Positions 60,759-64,000 of a DNA stretch of 64,000 nt are shown here, in pieces; position 1 is the stretch's first letter, and each line of letters opens with the position of its first letter. The notes under the pieces were generated by a model that saw only the letters and a list, made by a program, of their open reading frames with translations, was not told where the DNA came from and ran no database searches. The translations under genes and the position numbers were made by a program. Where the stretch lies: contig CM059432.1 of the NCBI GenBank assembly GCA_030390025.1, positions 113,152,001-113,216,000 on the forward strand. Reading direction: 5' to 3'. Source of the DNA: Squalus acanthias. Taxonomy: Eukaryota.

Positions 60759-61179
60759 TGAATGGTTCTTCAAAAGCAGCCAATCACAGTGGTCTGCCAT
60801 GCTTTCAGTGGTACTTCATGAAAGAAAGCATGGCAGGGTTTGGCCACACCCAGTAAGATGTCACCAATCATATTTGCATACCTTGCAGAATCTACCTGGC
60901 AACAACTGATGTGGACCTAAGCCATTTGCTGTAAAGACACCTACTGCTACCATGGTCCCTCTGACTGAGAACGCCAAGTTAGTGCTAATTTCTAGGTAGT
61001 TTTGCTATTGGGCCTTTGTCCATCAGGAGCTGGACTGAGACTGCCCAAACAGTAGTAACCGAAAATTGGCCCCAGTGTCTCAACTCATCCCGAATCACTT
61101 AGTAAAATGTTTCAATCACAGGCTTGCTAACAAATGGTAAATCAGAAAATGGGATACTCCTGCCCTGACTACTGTATAT

Positions 61180-62112
61180 AACAACAATAACAATTTACAG
61201 TTATATAATGCCTTTAACATAGTAAAATGTCCCAAGCCACTTCAAAGGAGCATTATCAAAACAAAATTTGACACCGAGCCATATAAGGAGATGTTGGGGC
61301 AGATGGCCAAAAGCTCGGTCAAAGAAGTAGATTTTAAGGAGCGCCTTAAAGGAGCAAAGAGAGGTAGAGAGGCGGAGGGGTTTAAGGATGGAATTCCAGA
61401 GCTTAGGACCTAGGTAGCTGAAGGCACGGCCGGCAATAGTGGAGCGATTAAAATTGGGGATGTTCAAGAGGCCAGCATTGGAGGAGCGCAGCTATCTTGT
61501 GGGGTTGTAGGGCTGGAGGAGATTACAGAGATGCGGAAGGGCGAGGCCATGGAGGGATTTGAAAACAAGGATGAGAATTTTAAAATCGAGGTGTTACTTA
61601 ACTGGGAGCCAATGTAGGTTAGTGAGCACAGGGGTGTTGGTTGAGAGGAACCTGGTGCAAGTTAGGACACGGGCAGCAGAGTTTTGGATGACCTCAAGTT
61701 TATGGAGGGTAGAACTAGGGAAGCTGTCCAGGCGTGCGTTGGAATAATCAAATCTAGAGGTAACAAAGGCATGGATGAGGATTTCAGCAGCACATAAGCT
61801 GAGGCAGGGGCGGAGACGGACGATGTTACGGAGGTGAAAATATGCTGTCTTAATGATGGTGCGGATATGAGGTAGGAAGCTCATCTCATGATCAAATATG
61901 ACACCAAGGTTGCAAACAGACTGGTTCAGCCTCAGACAGTAGCCAGGGAGACGGATGGAATCAGCGGCAAGGGAACGGAGTTTGTGGCGGGGACTGAAGA
62001 CAATGGCTTTGGTCTTCCCAATATTTAATTGGAGGAAATTTCTGCTCATCCAGAACTGGATGTCAGACAAGCAGTCTGACAGTTTAAAGGCATTGGAGGG
62101 ATAGAGAGAGGT
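61180..62112 (-). mobile_element. L2 LINE 3' fragment
   Basis: FLQLNIGKTK, HAFVTSRFDYSN, IQNSAARVL, LHWLPV, GRAFSYLGPKLWNSI. Confidence 0.9.
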
Positions 62113-62308
62113 ATAAAATAGTAAATGGAGGTTATAAGGATAAGGGTAGATACATATGATCTAATGCTCCATGGAACGTAACAGTGTCACGTACTAGGAA
62201 AATAATCACAGCTTCTCCAGTCTCTCCACATAACTGAAGTCCCTCATCCCTAGTATCATTTTGGTAACTCTCCTCTGCATGGAGTTTGTGGTGTGGACTG
62301 AAGACAGT

Positions 62309-63037
62309 GGGCTGGATTTTGAATGACCCATGGAGTCGGGTTTGGAGGCGTGTGGGGGGTTAAATTTGCGTGGTCGGGGTTTCCGACCCCATCCCGACTC
62401 CATCCCGCCTCCACGCAATTTTGACAGAATCAGTCGTGGGGTTCCCGACTCCGTCCCGCCTTCAAGAGGCGGGAGAGGCCATTAAAGCCCTTAACAAGCT
62501 CTAAATTGGCTCTGTAATTCCATTTTGAAACGCTGTAGCTAGTTTAACCCTCTTCTGACGTGAAGCACGCCTGGTGTGAAACACTCCAGTGAAACCTGGC
62601 GGGAACACAAGTGGATAGCTGACTATCGGCTGCAGGTCCACTATTACAACGGAGATGTGATGAAGGTAGTAGTATTAGGTCTGAACGTCGCCTCTGATGC
62701 TGCTGCATTGAATGTCTTCAGAGACTGTCTGGGAGGACTTGCTTGGCAAAAAAATTCTCTCTCTCTCTCTCTCCCCCCCCCCACCCCACCCCCACCCAGG
62801 TCCACTCACATCAAAAGCCAGGCAGGTCCTCTCTCACCAACAGTCTCTGAGACTAGGCAGTCCAGAGGTGACTTTCAGACTGAAAACACTAATTAGTTCA
62901 TGGGTTCCCACATGCTCCAACTCAATTGCCCAATTAAGTGAAAATTGCATCAGGCATCCACATTAATCTGCAGTCGGGGGGAAACACGAAATGCGGATTA
63001 CACGACCCCAACCCGACCCCAAGACAAAATCCAGCCC
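62309..63037. mobile_element. 729-bp MITE, deletion derivative of the 41023-45235 Harbinger
   Basis: Identical TIR GGGCTGGATTTTG; ~320 bp of left end and ~170 bp of right end colinear with the full element; flanks AGT/AAT. Confidence 0.92.
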
Positions 63038-63721
63038 AATGGCTTCAGTGTGGAATGTAACTGGTCAGAATTGTATGTGTGAGTTGTAAGGTTTCAGTAA
63101 CACTCTGGAGCTTTACATAATTGCCTTGGGGGTGGGGACCGAGCTTTATCTTCTTATGTAATATCCATGTGGATGCAAGTCAAGCGATTCAGTAAACTGT
63201 GACGACCAGGGTCTGGAATAAAGCCTTAAACGTAACTGTAAAAACGTATGACAGTGTCACATCAGTAGAGCAGGCACCATTTTAACACGCTGAACTGGTT
63301 AGCAGACGTATCACACAGAACTCCATTTATGCCAATTCACAGCTAATACATGGGATTCCCATGAAGTTGGTGTTTAAATCTCCTGTCTGTGTTTGAGTTG
63401 TTGCGTTCCTGTTGTCTTGCTAACTGCTAAAATGTCTGAAAGCTGCCACATTTGATGAATGAGTTATGTGATATGATACCATAAACTGTAGAGGAATGGT
63501 TGATACCAGCATTCAGGCATTGCCACCGCACACTTTGATTTTACAAAGATCTGACAGAGCAGCGTCAGAGCAGCACACTGTTACAGTTACAGGGTCTGTG
63601 GAAACTGAGGGTAAGTCGGTGCTACAAGGAAATTACATTTGTTTTGAATAGGAACATTAATGTAGGCTCAGTACTAGGAATCGTATATGCTTACATCTTC
63701 ATGAATCCTAGGTACAAGTGT

Positions 63722-63966
63722 TTGGCCTTGGAGTGGGTGCAGAGGAGAGTTACCAGAATGATACTAGGGATGAGGCACTTCAGTTATGTGGAGAGACTGG
63801 AGAAGCTGGGATTATTTTCCTTAGAGCAGAGAAGGTTAAGGGGAGTTTTAATAGAGGTGTTCAAAATTATAAGGGGTTTGATAGAGTGAATAAAGAGAAA
63901 CTATTTCCACTGGCAGGAGGGTCAGTAACCAGAGGGCACAGATTTAAGATAATTGGCAAAAGAACC
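63722..63966 (+). mobile_element. CR1 3'-region fragment
   Basis: ALEWVQRRVTRMILGMRHFSYVERLEKLGLFSLEQRRLRG. Confidence 0.85.
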
Positions 63967-64000
63967 AATAATGACAACAACAACTTGTATTTATATAGTG

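Overview
Eukaryotic, repeat-saturated genomic DNA, most likely from a cartilaginous fish. This is inferred from the combination of V-SINE/HE1-like SINEs, Deu-domain SINEs and very dense CR1 LINEs, not from a database match. No host gene could be named; only weak candidate exons were found (best at ~47.0-47.4 kb, minus strand). The window is a stack of nested transposons: many CR1 copies (two near full length with an esterase ORF1), L2 and RTE fragments, a second CR1-group LINE, two long solo LTRs with perfect 4-bp TSDs, and several SINEs. It also holds a PIF/Harbinger radiation: one full-length two-gene element with TIRs and TSD at 41023-45235, a decayed one at 11192-15308, and deletion derivatives and MITEs. 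Finally there is a Penelope-like (GIY-YIG) element and several small Penelope pLTR-derived pieces carrying hammerhead-ribozyme motifs. The most striking single feature is a 212-bp insertion at 22634-22845 with a 12-bp TSD; it is mostly a perfect palindrome (89-bp arms) folded through a hammerhead core. Family names are from recall and motif inspection and need confirmation against Dfam/Repbase/Rfam.
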